Shown piece after piece: positions 11,501 to 21,308 of a DNA stretch of 64,000 nucleotides (position 1 is the stretch's first letter; each line of letters starts with the position of its first letter). The DNA comes from Halarcobacter sp. (GTDB taxonomy: Bacteria > Campylobacterota > Campylobacteria > Campylobacterales > Arcobacteraceae). The notes under the pieces were generated by a model. It made no database searches. It saw only the letters and a program-made list of their open reading frames with translations, and was not told the DNA's origin. The translations under genes and the position numbers were made by a program. Location: positions 2,976,001-3,040,000 of the forward strand of contig OY781089.1 of assembly GCA_963676565.1 (NCBI GenBank). Direction: 5' to 3'.

Positions 11501-14500
11501 CTTAGATGATTGAATTCTGAATTATAAATAATGAAATCTCCAACATTAGCATTTACTTGAGGATAATTATCAAGGAAATCCTGTGTAACTTCAAGAATAC
11601 CTGAATTCTCCGGATTTGATATTGGATTATTTGGTCCTGATGCACTATTTTGATCAAATGTGTATTGGAAATTATTTGAATAAATTCCACCATCAAATAA
11701 GATTGAAGCACTAGCTAATTGTAAAGTATGTGTATCATTTACATCATCATCTGATATCACACTATTTGCAAATAAATCTTCTTGTGATAATACATAATAA
11801 TATTCTTCCCAAATAAAGTCAGTAATTAAATCATTTAACTCATAAATTCCATCAATTTTCGAAATAGATTGAATCACTGGTTGGTCATTTGTTCCTTGAA
11901 TATTTAATGTAACTGTATTTGCTTCTGATACATTTGTCTCTCCATTTGCATCATTTGTTCCATCATTTGCTACATAGTCAAAGCTTACACTTACACTATC
12001 ATCTACACTTAAGTGATCAAACAATGGGCTTGTTACTTCATATGATCCATCTTGATTTACTGTTACATTTAACAAACTCTCTGCTTCTAATGCACCTGCA
12101 TCATCTATTGACAATGTTAATCCTGTTACTGGATCTAATTGTGCTGTTACTCCTACTGTACCAAATGTTGAATTCACTATTGCCAATGCTGTTGCGATAT
12201 CTGGTGCTGCCATAAATGCTGCTATTGTACTTTGTACATCTATTGCTGGTATTGCATCTATTCCATTTGTCAATGCCGTTGTTACTTCTGGTATTGCTAC
12301 AATTTCAGCTAATACACTTTTTATATATGCTAAATCTTGATTCGCTATTGCTGTTAGCAATGTTGCATTTGTAGTATTTATACTTAATGATATTGTACTT
12401 CCATCTGCTCTTGCGAATGTATGTGTATCATTTACATCATCATCACTTACATAATTCCCTAATGCATATTGACTATCTGTACCAATTGTCAATGTTTGAT
12501 TATCTGGGTTACTTGCTAATTCTGATTCTAATACATCTATTGTTACTTCATCTACTACTGGCTGGTCATTTGTTCCTTGAATATTTAATGTAACTGTATT
12601 TGCTTCTGATACATTTGTCTCTCCATTTGCATCATTTGTTCCATCATTTGCTACATAGTCAAAGCTTACACTTACACTATCATCTACACTTAAGTGATCA
12701 AACAATGGGCTTGTTACTTCATATGATCCATCTTGATTTACTGTTACATTTAACAAACTCTCTGCTTCTAATGCACCTGCATCATCTATTGACAATGTTA
12801 ATCCTGTTACTGGATCTAATTGTGCTGTTACTCCTACTGTACCAAATGTTGAATTCACTATTGCCAATGCTGTTGCGATATCTGGTGCTGCCATAAATGC
12901 TGCTATTGTACTTTGTACATCTATTGCTGGTATTGCATCTATTCCATTTGTCAATGCCGTTGTTACTTCTGGTATTGCTACAATTTCAGCTAATACACTT
13001 TTTATATATGCTAAATCTTGATTCGCTATTGCTGTTAGCAATGTTGCATTTGTAGTATTTATACTTAATGATATTGTACTTCCATCTGCTCTTGCGAATG
13101 TATGTGTATCATTTACATCATCATCACTTACATAATTCCCTAATGCATATTGACTATCTGTACCAATTGTCAATGTTTGATTATCTGGGTTACTTGCTAA
13201 TTCTGATTCTAATACATCTATTGTTACTTCATCTACTACTGGCTGGTCATTTGTTCCTTGAATATTTAATGTAACTGTATTTGCTTCTGATACATTTGTC
13301 TCTCCATTTGCATCATTTGTTCCATCATTTGCTACATAGTCAAAGCTTACACTTACACTATCATCTACACTTAAGTGATCAAACAATGGGCTTGTTACTT
13401 CATATGATCCATCTTGATTTACTGTTACATTTAACAAACTCTCTGCTTCTAATGCACCTGCATCATCTATTGACAATGTTAATCCTGTTACTGGATCTAA
13501 TTGTGCTGTTACTCCTACTGTACCAAATGTTGAATTCACTATTGCCAATGCTGTTGCGATATCTGGTGCTGCCATAAATGCTGCTATTGTACTTTGTACA
13601 TCTATTGCTGGTATTGCATCTATTCCATTTGTCAATGCCGTTGTTACTTCTGGTATTGCTACAATTTCAGCTAATACACTTTTTATATATGCTAAATCTT
13701 GATTCGCTATTGCTGTTAGCAATGTTGCATTTGTAGTATTTATACTTAATGATATTGTACTTCCATCTGCTCTTGCGAATGTATGTGTATCATTTACATC
13801 ATCATCACTTACATAATTCCCTAATGCATATTGACTATCTGTACCAATTGTCAATGTTTGATTATCTGGGTTACTTGCTAATTCTGATTCTAATACATCT
13901 ATTGTTACTTCATCTACTACTGGTTGATCATTTGTTCCTGTGATTGTAAATGTGATAGTTTTATGTTCAGATTCAGAAGTCTCATTAATCCCATCTGTTC
14001 CATCTTTTCCTTGATTATCTACTGCGTAATATTCTACATTTACTGTTACTGTTTCACCTACTGCTAATTCTGTAAAATCTCCACCTATGCTATATGTTCC
14101 ATCTGGATTTATAGTAATATCTAAATCATCCAATGTGATTATTTCATTGTTATCTGAATCTAATGGACTATCTACAACTGTGATTCCATTTTCTGCAATA
14201 TAAAATTGATGTGTATCATTTACATCATCATCTGTTACTTCTAATGTTCCTGTGAAAATATTATTCCCATCTTCATCTAACAGTACTCCATTTTGGTTTG
14301 TATCTGCTGAGTCTGTATCTAATGTTTCATATAGTACAGAACTGTTATCAATAACATTAATCTGATTTCCATTTGCATTTAGAATTACTAAATTAGAAAC
14401 AGTCATCCCTACATCATTTATAAACATAGTTTCATTATTTGTAGGTACTGAGTCAAAATTCGCATCGCCTGAATCATACGCATGAGAAATTAAATTTCCA

Positions 14501-17500
14501 TCAACATAAAGATTAACAGTCCCATTTTCAAATACCATTTGGATATCATAATCTATCCCTGCAGAAAAGCTAAAGTCCGAATAAAAATGTTCATAACTAT
14601 CTCCCATTTGGAATAGTAAAGACTGATTATAAACAGGATGATTACTAATTGCAATATATGGTGCTGCTATGTACCCTGAATTTGGAGGAAAACCTTCACC
14701 TTGATATATTATTGGTGTATTTTGTGTTACTGCTGAGTCAAGGTTTAAAGTAAATGAAATTGTAAAACCATTTGGTGTTCCTTCAAATGGAATATGACCA
14801 ATATCTGAACCAGCTGATTGTAAATCATCTAAATTATTTAAGTTAATATTCTCTACTACTGGTTGGTCATTTGTTCCTGTGATTGTAAATGTGATAGTTT
14901 TATGTTCAGATTCAGAAGTTTCATTAATCCCATCGGTTCCGTCTTTTCCTTGATTATCTAATGCATAGTATTCTACTTCTACTGTTACAGTTTCACCTAC
15001 TGCTAATTCTGTAAAATCTCCACCTATGCTATATGTTCCATCTGGATTTATAGTAATATCTAAATCATCCAAGGTGATTATTTCATTGTTATCTGAATCT
15101 ACTGGACTATCTATTACTGTTATTCCATTTTCTGCTACATGGAAGGTATGTGTATCATTTACATCATCATCACTTACTGTTAATTTCCCAGTGAAAATAT
15201 TGTTCCCATCTTCATCTAACAGTACTCCGTTTTGGTTTGTATCTGCTGAGTCATCATCGTTTGTTTCGTAAACTATATCATTTGCCAACTCATCTTCTAC
15301 AGTATTATTTATATATATTTTTGCAGCTTCAATAAAATCTTGGAAACTAGAATCATCATATAACCAATTTGGATCAAAATAAGCCATCAATGGCATTGTA
15401 GAATAAATAACTGTTCCTGAACCATATTCATAAGAGAAAGCTACAACTTCATTACCATTTCCAGAAGTTAATAAAATTTTAGCTCCATCAGGTAAAGAAC
15501 TACTTTCAAAAGCCCCATGAATTGATGAACTTCCACCATCTAATGAAGAATCATCTAAATTTCCCAATGTACCATTCGACAATTCAACACCATCAGGACC
15601 AATATTAACATCAGCATTACTGTAAGACGAACTTACTAAAGTCTGTGTCAAACCAGGAAGAATAGAATTTGCTTCATATGGACTTCCGTCATTTATAATT
15701 AAAGTCATCCCATTATAAACTGAACTATGTATTGAAGCCAAATTATTTGTAAACTCAGAATTAGAACTATATTTATCAATATATAAAATATTTAGACTTT
15801 CAATATCTTGCGCTGTTAAATCATCTAAATCTTTTGATGAAAATCCACCTAATGATAATATCTCCTCTTGAATAACAGTTCCTGAACCTTCTGCCATATC
15901 ATAATAACCAACTAATCCCGACGAAACAAATTGATTAGGAATATCTGAAATTCCACTATTACTACCATTTAAATCCAAATTTTCTACTACTGGTTGGTCA
16001 TTTGTTCCTGTGATTGTAAATGTGATAGTTTTATGTTCAGATTCTTCTGGTTCATTGTTTACATCACCTAACCCTGCTCCACTATCATCTACTGCATAGT
16101 ATTCTATAGTTACAGTTGCAGTTTCTCCTACAGCTAATGAAGTAAAATCGCCACCTAAAGAATATGTACCATCAGTATTAATTGTTAAATCTAAATCAAT
16201 ATCATCTATTGATAATGTTGAATCATCAGCTAAATTTCCAAGTTCAAGATTTACTAACATTGGTTCTTGATCTGTTCCAATATTGTAGTTTCCTTCTTCT
16301 AAACTTGCCATAAAGAACTCATGAGTGTCATTATCGTCATCATCAGTTACTGTTAAAGTCCCTTCAAAAAGATTGTTAACTTCATCATCTCTTAATATTT
16401 CATTTCCATTTGTATCCTGAGAATCTACATCGATTGTTTCATAGACAACTTTTTTTCCTGAACCTAATGAATATGTAAAGTCATCCATTGCCCAATGTGA
16501 ACCACTTCCATTATCTTCTTGAACATCTGTTCCTGTTGGAGTATTATAAACTATTAATTGGTCTATATTATCCCAATTTAATTCGATTAATGTTGGTCCA
16601 TTATAATTTATTTCAATAGAATCAGAAGTATAAATAAGTTGACCGTTTAAATAACCTTCAAAAACTACATCTTGAGTTGTATACCAAGAAGATGTCATGT
16701 ATGTAGATTCAAAGGTAACAACTTCAGTAAAAGAAAAAGAAATTGGTGAAACTCCATTAGCATTATAAGCCACATTATCTCCACTAACTATACCGTTAAA
16801 ATATCCACTTGACGTAAGGTTGCTTCCATCTAGAACATATAAATTACTATCGTAAATAATTGAATCATCATCATTTTGATTTAATTCATCTTCAAAATCT
16901 TGAACTACTTGATCTTCACCTGAACCATTCAAATTCACATCAGTTACAACTGGAATATCATTTGTACCTTCAACTGTTAGAGTTACTGTTGCAATATTAC
17001 TTGTTGCACCTTCGATATCAGTAGCAAAATAATCAAAACTTACAGTTGCATATTCTCTTAAACCTAAGTCATTAAAATCACCACTAATTTCAAATGTTCC
17101 ATCTGGATTTAAAACTACTAATATATCATCATCTAGAACTGTAATCACACCATTTTCAGTTCCATCTTCATTGTAACTTGTAACAACAAGAGAACCTTCT
17201 ATTGGAGTAAATGTATGAAGTCCAATATCTTCTTCATCTTCATCAAATACAGTTAAAGTACCAGTTATGATATTTTTATCCCCAGCTCCTTCTTCTCCTA
17301 ATACTTCAATATCTTCTAAAGAAACATCAAATACTACTGGAGCAAAGTTTCCTATAATTGCGGCTGTAGGATCAAAAGTTCCTGCACCAGGAAGTCCATT
17401 TAATCTACCTGCTGTATCATCACTATTTGTACCATCTAAATCACCAGCACCTGCTGGATTGGCTGTTTGGTCTGAACCTGTTGGTGCTCCACCAGCTGCT

Positions 17501-17838
17501 GCTGCTTCAAGGTCATCTATTGTAGTCATTGTTGCTAATTGAGTAGGTCCTTCAAATACTTCAAATACTGGATTATCAGTTTGGTTTGTAAGTAATATTT
17601 GAGCTAGGCCTTTAAGAATAAAAAAGATCTCATTACCATTTGCATCAGTAAATGACACTCTTACATCATCATTATTTTCTAAAATTTCTAGTTTTGTTTG
17701 ATCATAGCTTGCACCATTTTCAACAAAAACTTTTAAAGAACTAATTCCATCTAAAATCAATTCACCATTTTCAGTTTTTTGTAAACTAGCTAAATCAACC
17801 GTAATTCCACCATTTTGGACATTTATACCTTCATACAT
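5506..17838 (-). CDS. Giant T1SS-secreted LapA-like adhesin (about 4,110 aa; Ig/VCBS-like, T1SS-143-like and LamG-like domains)
   Basis: Acidic D/T/G-rich ORF with N-terminal LEAAAAGG, many GTNDxPVV repeat junctions, FDGGADGA..PIDH..DGDGDT repeats and a T1SS-type C-terminus. Start moved to ATG 17838, which follows AAGGGAG. Confidence 0.92.
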   Translation of the reverse strand: MYEGINVQNGGITVDLASLQKTENGELILDGISSLKVFVENGASYDQTKLEILENNDDVRVSFTDANGNEIFFILKGLAQILLTNQTDNPVFEVFEGPTQLATMTTIDDLEAAAAGGAPTGSDQTANPAGAGDLDGTNSDDTAGRLNGLPGAGTFDPTAAIIGNFAPVVFDVSLEDIEVLGEEGAGDKNIITGTLTVFDEDEEDIGLHTFTPIEGSLVVTSYNEDGTENGVITVLDDDILVVLNPDGTFEISGDFNDLGLREYATVSFDYFATDIEGATSNIATVTLTVEGTNDIPVVTDVNLNGSGEDQVVQDFEDELNQNDDDSIIYDSNLYVLDGSNLTSSGYFNGIVSGDNVAYNANGVSPISFSFTEVVTFESTYMTSSWYTTQDVVFEGYLNGQLIYTSDSIEINYNGPTLIELNWDNIDQLIVYNTPTGTDVQEDNGSGSHWAMDDFTYSLGSGKKVVYETIDVDSQDTNGNEILRDDEVNNLFEGTLTVTDDDDNDTHEFFMASLEEGNYNIGTDQEPMLVNLELGNLADDSTLSIDDIDLDLTINTDGTYSLGGDFTSLAVGETATVTIEYYAVDDSGAGLGDVNNEPEESEHKTITFTITGTNDQPVVENLDLNGSNSGISDIPNQFVSSGLVGYYDMAEGSGTVIQEEILSLGGFSSKDLDDLTAQDIESLNILYIDKYSSNSEFTNNLASIHSSVYNGMTLIINDGSPYEANSILPGLTQTLVSSSYSNADVNIGPDGVELSNGTLGNLDDSSLDGGSSSIHGAFESSSLPDGAKILLTSGNGNEVVAFSYEYGSGTVIYSTMPLMAYFDPNWLYDDSSFQDFIEAAKIYINNTVEDELANDIVYETNDDDSADTNQNGVLLDEDGNNIFTGKLTVSDDDVNDTHTFHVAENGITVIDSPVDSDNNEIITLDDLDITINPDGTYSIGGDFTELAVGETVTVEVEYYALDNQGKDGTDGINETSESEHKTITFTITGTNDQPVVENINLNNLDDLQSAGSDIGHIPFEGTPNGFTISFTLNLDSAVTQNTPIIYQGEGFPPNSGYIAAPYIAISNHPVYNQSLLFQMGDSYEHFYSDFSFSAGIDYDIQMVFENGTVNLYVDGNLISHAYDSGDANFDSVPTNNETMFINDVGMTVSNLVILNANGNQINVIDNSSVLYETLDTDSADTNQNGVLLDEDGNNIFTGTLEVTDDDVNDTHQFYIAENGITVVDSPLDSDNNEIITLDDLDITINPDGTYSIGGDFTELAVGETVTVNVEYYAVDNQGKDGTDGINETSESEHKTITFTITGTNDQPVVDEVTIDVLESELASNPDNQTLTIGTDSQYALGNYVSDDDVNDTHTFARADGSTISLSINTTNATLLTAIANQDLAYIKSVLAEIVAIPEVTTALTNGIDAIPAIDVQSTIAAFMAAPDIATALAIVNSTFGTVGVTAQLDPVTGLTLSIDDAGALEAESLLNVTVNQDGSYEVTSPLFDHLSVDDSVSVSFDYVANDGTNDANGETNVSEANTVTLNIQGTNDQPVVDEVTIDVLESELASNPDNQTLTIGTDSQYALGNYVSDDDVNDTHTFARADGSTISLSINTTNATLLTAIANQDLAYIKSVLAEIVAIPEVTTALTNGIDAIPAIDVQSTIAAFMAAPDIATALAIVNSTFGTVGVTAQLDPVTGLTLSIDDAGALEAESLLNVTVNQDGSYEVTSPLFDHLSVDDSVSVSFDYVANDGTNDANGETNVSEANTVTLNIQGTNDQPVVDEVTIDVLESELASNPDNQTLTIGTDSQYALGNYVSDDDVNDTHTFARADGSTISLSINTTNATLLTAIANQDLAYIKSVLAEIVAIPEVTTALTNGIDAIPAIDVQSTIAAFMAAPDIATALAIVNSTFGTVGVTAQLDPVTGLTLSIDDAGALEAESLLNVTVNQDGSYEVTSPLFDHLSVDDSVSVSFDYVANDGTNDANGETNVSEANTVTLNIQGTNDQPVIQSISKIDGIYELNDLITDFIWEEYYYVLSQEDLFANSVISDDDVNDTHTLQLASASILFDGGIYSNNFQYTFDQNSASGPNNPISNPENSGILEVTQDFLDNYPQVNANVGDFIIYNSEFNHLSAGEKVLVTFDVVANDGTNDANGETNLSSPKTVTVEVVGTNDQPVVDNITLGDTPSTIIFEENLKDKNGNEDVLFKGKLSKVADEDINNTNPHYKIVGDVEVLSNPIGLVASDIDVSLKGENGNGWTTSRVYKVFSEKFNTLADGETVTLSFNYKASDWEGFGTTGDANNEPSHSEVKTVTITITGTNDKPVAKSFIHDGPANNGQVWENAGQQIVIDPTSDFGVDDLSSIAGYDVDVNDTLRVNSISNDAGDTVTYDGVNATAWIESNSGVAVRINADGKVEYNLNMFKTNGETVFDHLDAGDTDTDTFKFTIIDNNGAVSNEAVATINILGTNDKPVIDSNLVANLTEINEDVLDVDNTGTLVSALLGNSVSDFDDDAVEGIAVTGIDNTNGTWQYSIDGGTSWTNFDNSTSDTNATMLYDSSLVRFVPNEDYYGSADITYHAWDQNGYNLVNGSTAVDITSSYGGIKGTVSVDSATSSVTVDSVQDFIANTQGNPLVDTSKDNKAKVYEVGIDDANDDSETDTKAFRIEFGDDTPGTITFNTTQTVPNGLTSGGEAVVYDVSADGLTITAKTQTTDEVVFTLEIDNTTPQTVGSYTNTNSYTMTLFKPIDHLMNQHNGETKYLSFDYDSEDSDGDVRSGNVTLQVVDDVPTAGWSGYTQNNGQTGYVVTETTDANGFVTLSTVGTSLNFDGGADGATVTELRFANEVGDKIQTKYVSNNERYFLQSQGEDIVLERAGLDITGKANGVTVFTIVVDEVTGDYTYTQYAPIDHVEGSTSGSYQDEIVNLVLQYTVTDGDGDTATGYSTIRVEDDSPISLSQNGIAQNAVVEESTVGDTTTASLRVDYGADGFASVAFTGVVEGYMHDQLTSGGVPITYDFSIPGKVIAKAGTETVFEVILNSDGKTYDVNLIGSLDHTAPDGNPGGRDEGQSINFIFEATDKDGDTLESSLSVRIIDDVPEMIYNDSQMTNNMRIISADDSAGGAQGTDQQWNMTGKALSMAVSLGADGGTFEWDAVNSTFDVNTVNGITFDVDANGTLLIFQDQGGVQVQVAQVTMDNAETGAYTYTQNANLLHADALHPQHGQANTSAFTLAFKAIDADGDTLENEIDLLIKDDVPLSSWTAPVLADETSLNTVVNGQLNFDGGADGAEVTSVFHHWQNANDGTVKIYDGPNGTAFTLTSGGEAVVVTYEDNGMTMVGKLSDDTEVFRLEAQSDGSFTFVQKEAIDHPIGSTQEDDLLLKLKFTVTDADGDTSTSNFGVKIADDTPVADYGGRKDISEVDIDSLVPASVNGQLIFDGGEDGATLTDVNFWGEGSQVMVYDGQGNPPIALTSNGEPVIATQMVDVNGVITITALANTTPVYTLVVQPDGNYEFTLEGPIDHPQSSLTGQDEELLLRYSYTVTDGDGDTDVDYFSINIIDDVPTIDGMSSASTTEADANNDGIFDEAVVTGTLGRINEGADEAIVTEMHISNTADYNNLTSGGDAVTATQVGNVITGAKADGTVVFTFTYNENGDYIFTQKEPLDHNGRSETLIKLGFGYTITDADGDAASSALIVSIHDDEPIVVADTNSVNEAASGITTKSQISGNILTNDKDVDIDNDDAIQIIGLEMTSPQVISSTVATHTINGQLYEGFHISGVYGNIMVDAKSGEYIYNLYNDRDIVNELSEGEQVSETFSYTITDENGVTQVSTLTINITGTDDLPEFEVATVSSDVDNIDMTGLNFSSGFKFEADVKLDSNSETFFRQNDNGSNSFLIEFGDADHNSPHNPGTYLQLYIPLVNGGVYKAVTIDSLTIDEWHSIEVNYDPINGATIFIDGQSVGLDDSMGDSPSAMVAVNDSNYTVGSTTNEDFNGVFKDVKITSLEDDTEIVPNLSGDEVLFIQDDVDDGITDMSALLQNAITEGQLLSSGNSIDEIDLSSGDHILSNISVGDVLAMTDSDNTLKIETDSGDTVKLDLTNEWTATGNTDVDTGLDIYEGVTDSSVKLLIDSLNVEDTNI
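11884..13925. repeat. Three near-identical 681-bp (227-aa) intragenic tandem repeats
   Basis: Identical antisense ORFs recur at 11919, 12600 and 13281 (period 681), and the protein block occurs three times. Confidence 0.97.
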
Positions 17839-17889
17839 GATAACTCCCTTTGAATTCAGTTTTATATAATACAAGTCTACTAGTAGAAA

Positions 17890-17955
17890 GTCTCAAATAA
17901 GTCTCAAAAGTGACTAAAAGTAACAAAGAGATCAAATGTAACTACTTTGCAACTA
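17890..17955. promoter_or_regulatory. Direct-repeat candidate regulator boxes in the divergent adhesin/galE promoter region
   Basis: GTCTCA at 17890 and 17901; GTGACT/GTAACA at 17910/17920; TGTAACT/TGCAACT at 17937/17948. Confidence 0.5.
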
Positions 17956-18038
17956 AATAGTTTAAAACAAAAAATATCAATAACTTATAAGTTTATTTTC
18001 ACTAAAATATCACTTCTAAAATTATTAAAGGAATCTTC

Positions 18039-19073
18039 TTGCAAGAAAAATCAAAAATCTTAGTAACAGGTGGTGCTGGTTATATTGGTTCGCACACACT
18101 TATCTCACTTAGCAATGCAAATTATGGTTTTGTAGTATATGACAATCTTTCAAACTCATCAAAAGAGAGTTTGAAAAGAGTAGAAAAAATTATAAATAAA
18201 TCAATAGATTTTATTGAAGGTGACATAAGAGACAAAGATAAATTACAAGAGGTTTTTGATAAATATAAAATTGATTCAGTTATCCATTTTGCAGGATTAA
18301 AAGCGGTTGGTGAATCTGTAGAAAAACCTTTAAAATATTATGACAACAATGTTTGTGGAACTCAAAAATTGCTTGAAGTGATGCAAAAAAACAATTGTAA
18401 AAAAATAGTTTTTTCATCATCTGCAACTGTTTATGGAGATCCTGCAACTACACCTATAAAAGAAGATTTTCCAGTTGGAGGAACAACAAATCCATATGGA
18501 ACTTCAAAATATATGATTGAAAAAATATTAGAAGACTTATATATAGGTGACAATGAATTTAAAATAGCAATATTAAGATACTTTAACCCCGTTGGAGCGC
18601 ATGAGAGTGGAACCATAGGGGAAGACCCAAATGGTATTCCAAATAACTTGATGCCTTTTATTTCACAAACGGCTGTAGGCAAAAGAGAATTTTTATCTGT
18701 ATTTGGTGGTGATTATAATACCCCTGATGGAACAGGGGTTAGAGACTATATCCATGTTGTTGATTTAGCTGAAGGTCATGTTAAAGCAATAGATTTTTTA
18801 AACTCACAAGATAAAAATACAAAACCACTAATTGTAAATCTTGGAACAGGAAATGGATATTCTGTTTTAGATGTTGTAAAAGCTTTTGAAAAAGCTTCTA
18901 AAAAAGAGATCCCATATAAAATTGTAGATAGACGAGCAGGAGATATTGCTTCATGTTTTGCAGATCCTAGTTTTGCTAAAGAGATTTTAGGATGGGAAGC
19001 TAAAAAAGATATAGAACAAATGTGTGCTGATTCATGGAATTGGCAAAGCCAAAATCCAAACGGATACAACTAA
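18039..19073 (+). CDS. galE: UDP-glucose 4-epimerase
   Basis: [38 protein letters not shown] start after AAGGA. Confidence 0.97.
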   Translation: MQEKSKILVTGGAGYIGSHTLISLSNANYGFVVYDNLSNSSKESLKRVEKIINKSIDFIEGDIRDKDKLQEVFDKYKIDSVIHFAGLKAVGESVEKPLKYYDNNVCGTQKLLEVMQKNNCKKIVFSSSATVYGDPATTPIKEDFPVGGTTNPYGTSKYMIEKILEDLYIGDNEFKIAILRYFNPVGAHESGTIGEDPNGIPNNLMPFISQTAVGKREFLSVFGGDYNTPDGTGVRDYIHVVDLAEGHVKAIDFLNSQDKNTKPLIVNLGTGNGYSVLDVVKAFEKASKKEIPYKIVDRRAGDIASCFADPSFAKEILGWEAKKDIEQMCADSWNWQSQNPNGYN

Positions 19074-19094
19074 AAAAACAAGGAGAATTGATAT

Positions 19095-19982
19095 ATGAGT
19101 ACACCAAACGGAAAGATTACAAAATGCCTGTTTCCAGCAGCAGGATATGGGACAAGATTTTTGCCAGCAACAAAAGCGATGCCAAAAGAGATGTTGCCAA
19201 TATTGACAAAACCATTAATCCAATATGGTGTAGAAGAAGCGATGGAAGCAGGATGTAATATTATGGCAACAATTACTGGACGAGGTAAAAGAGCTATCAC
19301 AGATCACTTTGATATTTCCTATGAACTTGAACATCAAATAAAAGGAAGTTCTAAAGAAGATCTTCTAAAAGATATTAGAAAGATTATGGAAACTTGTACC
19401 TTCACTTATACTAGACAAAATGAAATGAAAGGTTTAGGTGATGCAATATATAAAGGTAATGTTTTAGTAGGATTTCAAAATCCTTTTGCAGTAATCCTTG
19501 CCGATGACCTTTGTGTAAATCCTGATGGTGATGGTATCTTAAAACAAATGGTAGATTTGTATAATAAATATAAATGTTGTATCGTAGCTTGTATGGAAGT
19601 ACCAAAAGATCAAGTACATAAATATGGTGTAATTGAAGGTAAACCAATGGAAGATGGAGTATATATGGTATCTAATATGGTAGAAAAACCAGATAATGAT
19701 AAAGCACCATCTAATTTAGCTGTAATAGGAAGATATATCTTAACTCCAGAAATCTTTGAAATAATAGAGAATACAAAACCAGGAAAAAATGGAGAATTGC
19801 AAATAACAGATTCTTTATGTGAACAAGCAAAAAAAGGTATGGTATTAGCTTATAAATTCAAAGGAAGAAGATTTGATTGTGGTTCTGTAGAAGGTTTTGT
19901 GGAAGCTACTAATTATTTTTATGAACTTGAAAAGAAAAAAGAACAAGAACAAACTAAACCAAAAAAAGAAACTAAAAAATAA
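19095..19982 (+). CDS. galU: UTP-glucose-1-phosphate uridylyltransferase
   Basis: PAAGYGTRFLPATKAMPKEMLP, VEKP, GELQITD. Confidence 0.97.
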   Translation: MSTPNGKITKCLFPAAGYGTRFLPATKAMPKEMLPILTKPLIQYGVEEAMEAGCNIMATITGRGKRAITDHFDISYELEHQIKGSSKEDLLKDIRKIMETCTFTYTRQNEMKGLGDAIYKGNVLVGFQNPFAVILADDLCVNPDGDGILKQMVDLYNKYKCCIVACMEVPKDQVHKYGVIEGKPMEDGVYMVSNMVEKPDNDKAPSNLAVIGRYILTPEIFEIIENTKPGKNGELQITDSLCEQAKKGMVLAYKFKGRRFDCGSVEGFVEATNYFYELEKKKEQEQTKPKKETKK

Positions 19983-19992
19983 CTCATAAGTA

Positions 19993-20039
19993 AGAAGTAT
20001 TTTGATTTTATTAGTTAATCAAAATACTTCTAGTATAAT
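19993..20039 (+). promoter_or_regulatory. 15-bp inverted repeat followed by a TATAAT box upstream of ugd copy 1
   Basis: AGAAGTATTTTGATT-N9-AATCAAAATACTTCT, then TATAAT at 20034-20039. Confidence 0.55.
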
Positions 20040-20072
20040 CCCAAACTCGAATATATAAATTAGGAACAACAG

Positions 20073-21299
20073 ATGAACATAGCAATAGCAGGGACAGGGT
20101 ATGTAGGACTGTCAAATGGACTACTACTTTCTCAACATAATGATGTAATAGCTTTAGATATTATCCCAGAAAAAGTTGAGATGATAAACAATGGAATTAG
20201 TCCTATTGAAGACAAAGAGATTCAAGAATATTTAACTAAAATACATGGAAATCCTGAGTCATTTGAAGGAAGTTTTAAAGCTACTTTAGACAAAGAAGAA
20301 GCTTATAAAAATGCTGACTATGTAATAATCTCTACACCAACAGATTATGACCCTGAAACAAACTATTTTAATACAAAATCTATTGAGTATGTTATTGCTG
20401 ATGTTTTAGAAATAAATCCTAATACTACTATGGTAATAAAATCAACTATTCCTGTTGGATATACCAAAGGTATAAACGAAAGATTTAATACATCTAACAT
20501 AATCTTCTCACCAGAGTTCTTAAGAGAAGGGAAAGCTTTATTTGACAATTTATATCCATCTAGAATAATAGTTGGAGAACAATCTGAGAGAGCTACTATA
20601 TTTGCAAAGCTTTTAGAGCAAGGAGCTTTAAAAGAGAACATTGATATATTATTTACTAATTCAACAGAAGCAGAAGCAGTTAAACTATTTTCAAATACAT
20701 ATTTAGCTATGAGAGTAGCTTACTTTAATGAGTTAGATTCATATGCAGAAGCACACGATTTAGATAGTAAGCAAATAATAGAAGGTGTTGGATTAGATCC
20801 AAGAATTGGAAGTCATTATAATAATCCTAGTTTTGGATATGGTGGATATTGTTTACCAAAGGATACTAAGCAATTACTTGCAAACTACAAAGATGTACCA
20901 TCAAATATAATAGAAGCAATTGTAAATGCTAACTCAACAAGAAAAGACTTTGTAGCAAACTCTATAATAGAAAAGTTAAATCTTACTTCTGAAAATCCAG
21001 ACAATCTACATACACAAAAAACAGTTGGTATATATAGACTTGTTATGAAAACAGGATCAGACAACTTTAGAAGTTCAGCTATACAAGGAATAATGAAAAG
21101 AATAAAAGCAAAAGGTATTCCTGTAGTAATCTATGAGCCAAATTTAGACGAAGATGATTTTTTTAATTCAAAGGTTATAAAAGACTTTGAAGAATTCAAA
21201 AAATTATCAAATGTGATAGTTGCAAACAGGCTTGATGAAAATCTTTCTTGTGTTAAAGACAAAGTCTACACTAGAGATTTATTTAGTAGTGATGATTAG
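20073..21299 (+). CDS. ugd: UDP-glucose 6-dehydrogenase, copy 1
   Basis: [25 protein letters not shown]. Confidence 0.96.
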   Translation: MNIAIAGTGYVGLSNGLLLSQHNDVIALDIIPEKVEMINNGISPIEDKEIQEYLTKIHGNPESFEGSFKATLDKEEAYKNADYVIISTPTDYDPETNYFNTKSIEYVIADVLEINPNTTMVIKSTIPVGYTKGINERFNTSNIIFSPEFLREGKALFDNLYPSRIIVGEQSERATIFAKLLEQGALKENIDILFTNSTEAEAVKLFSNTYLAMRVAYFNELDSYAEAHDLDSKQIIEGVGLDPRIGSHYNNPSFGYGGYCLPKDTKQLLANYKDVPSNIIEAIVNANSTRKDFVANSIIEKLNLTSENPDNLHTQKTVGIYRLVMKTGSDNFRSSAIQGIMKRIKAKGIPVVIYEPNLDEDDFFNSKVIKDFEEFKKLSNVIVANRLDENLSCVKDKVYTRDLFSSDD

Positions 21300-21308
21300 G
21301 AAGACAAA

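Noticed and set aside
11919..13943. Repeated His/Leu-rich plus-strand ORFs
   Set aside because: They are antisense shadows of the 681-bp adhesin repeats.
5506..17874. RTX or MARTX toxin; start at 17874
   Set aside because: No nonapeptide arrays or toxin domains were recognised. The RBS supports ATG 17838 instead.
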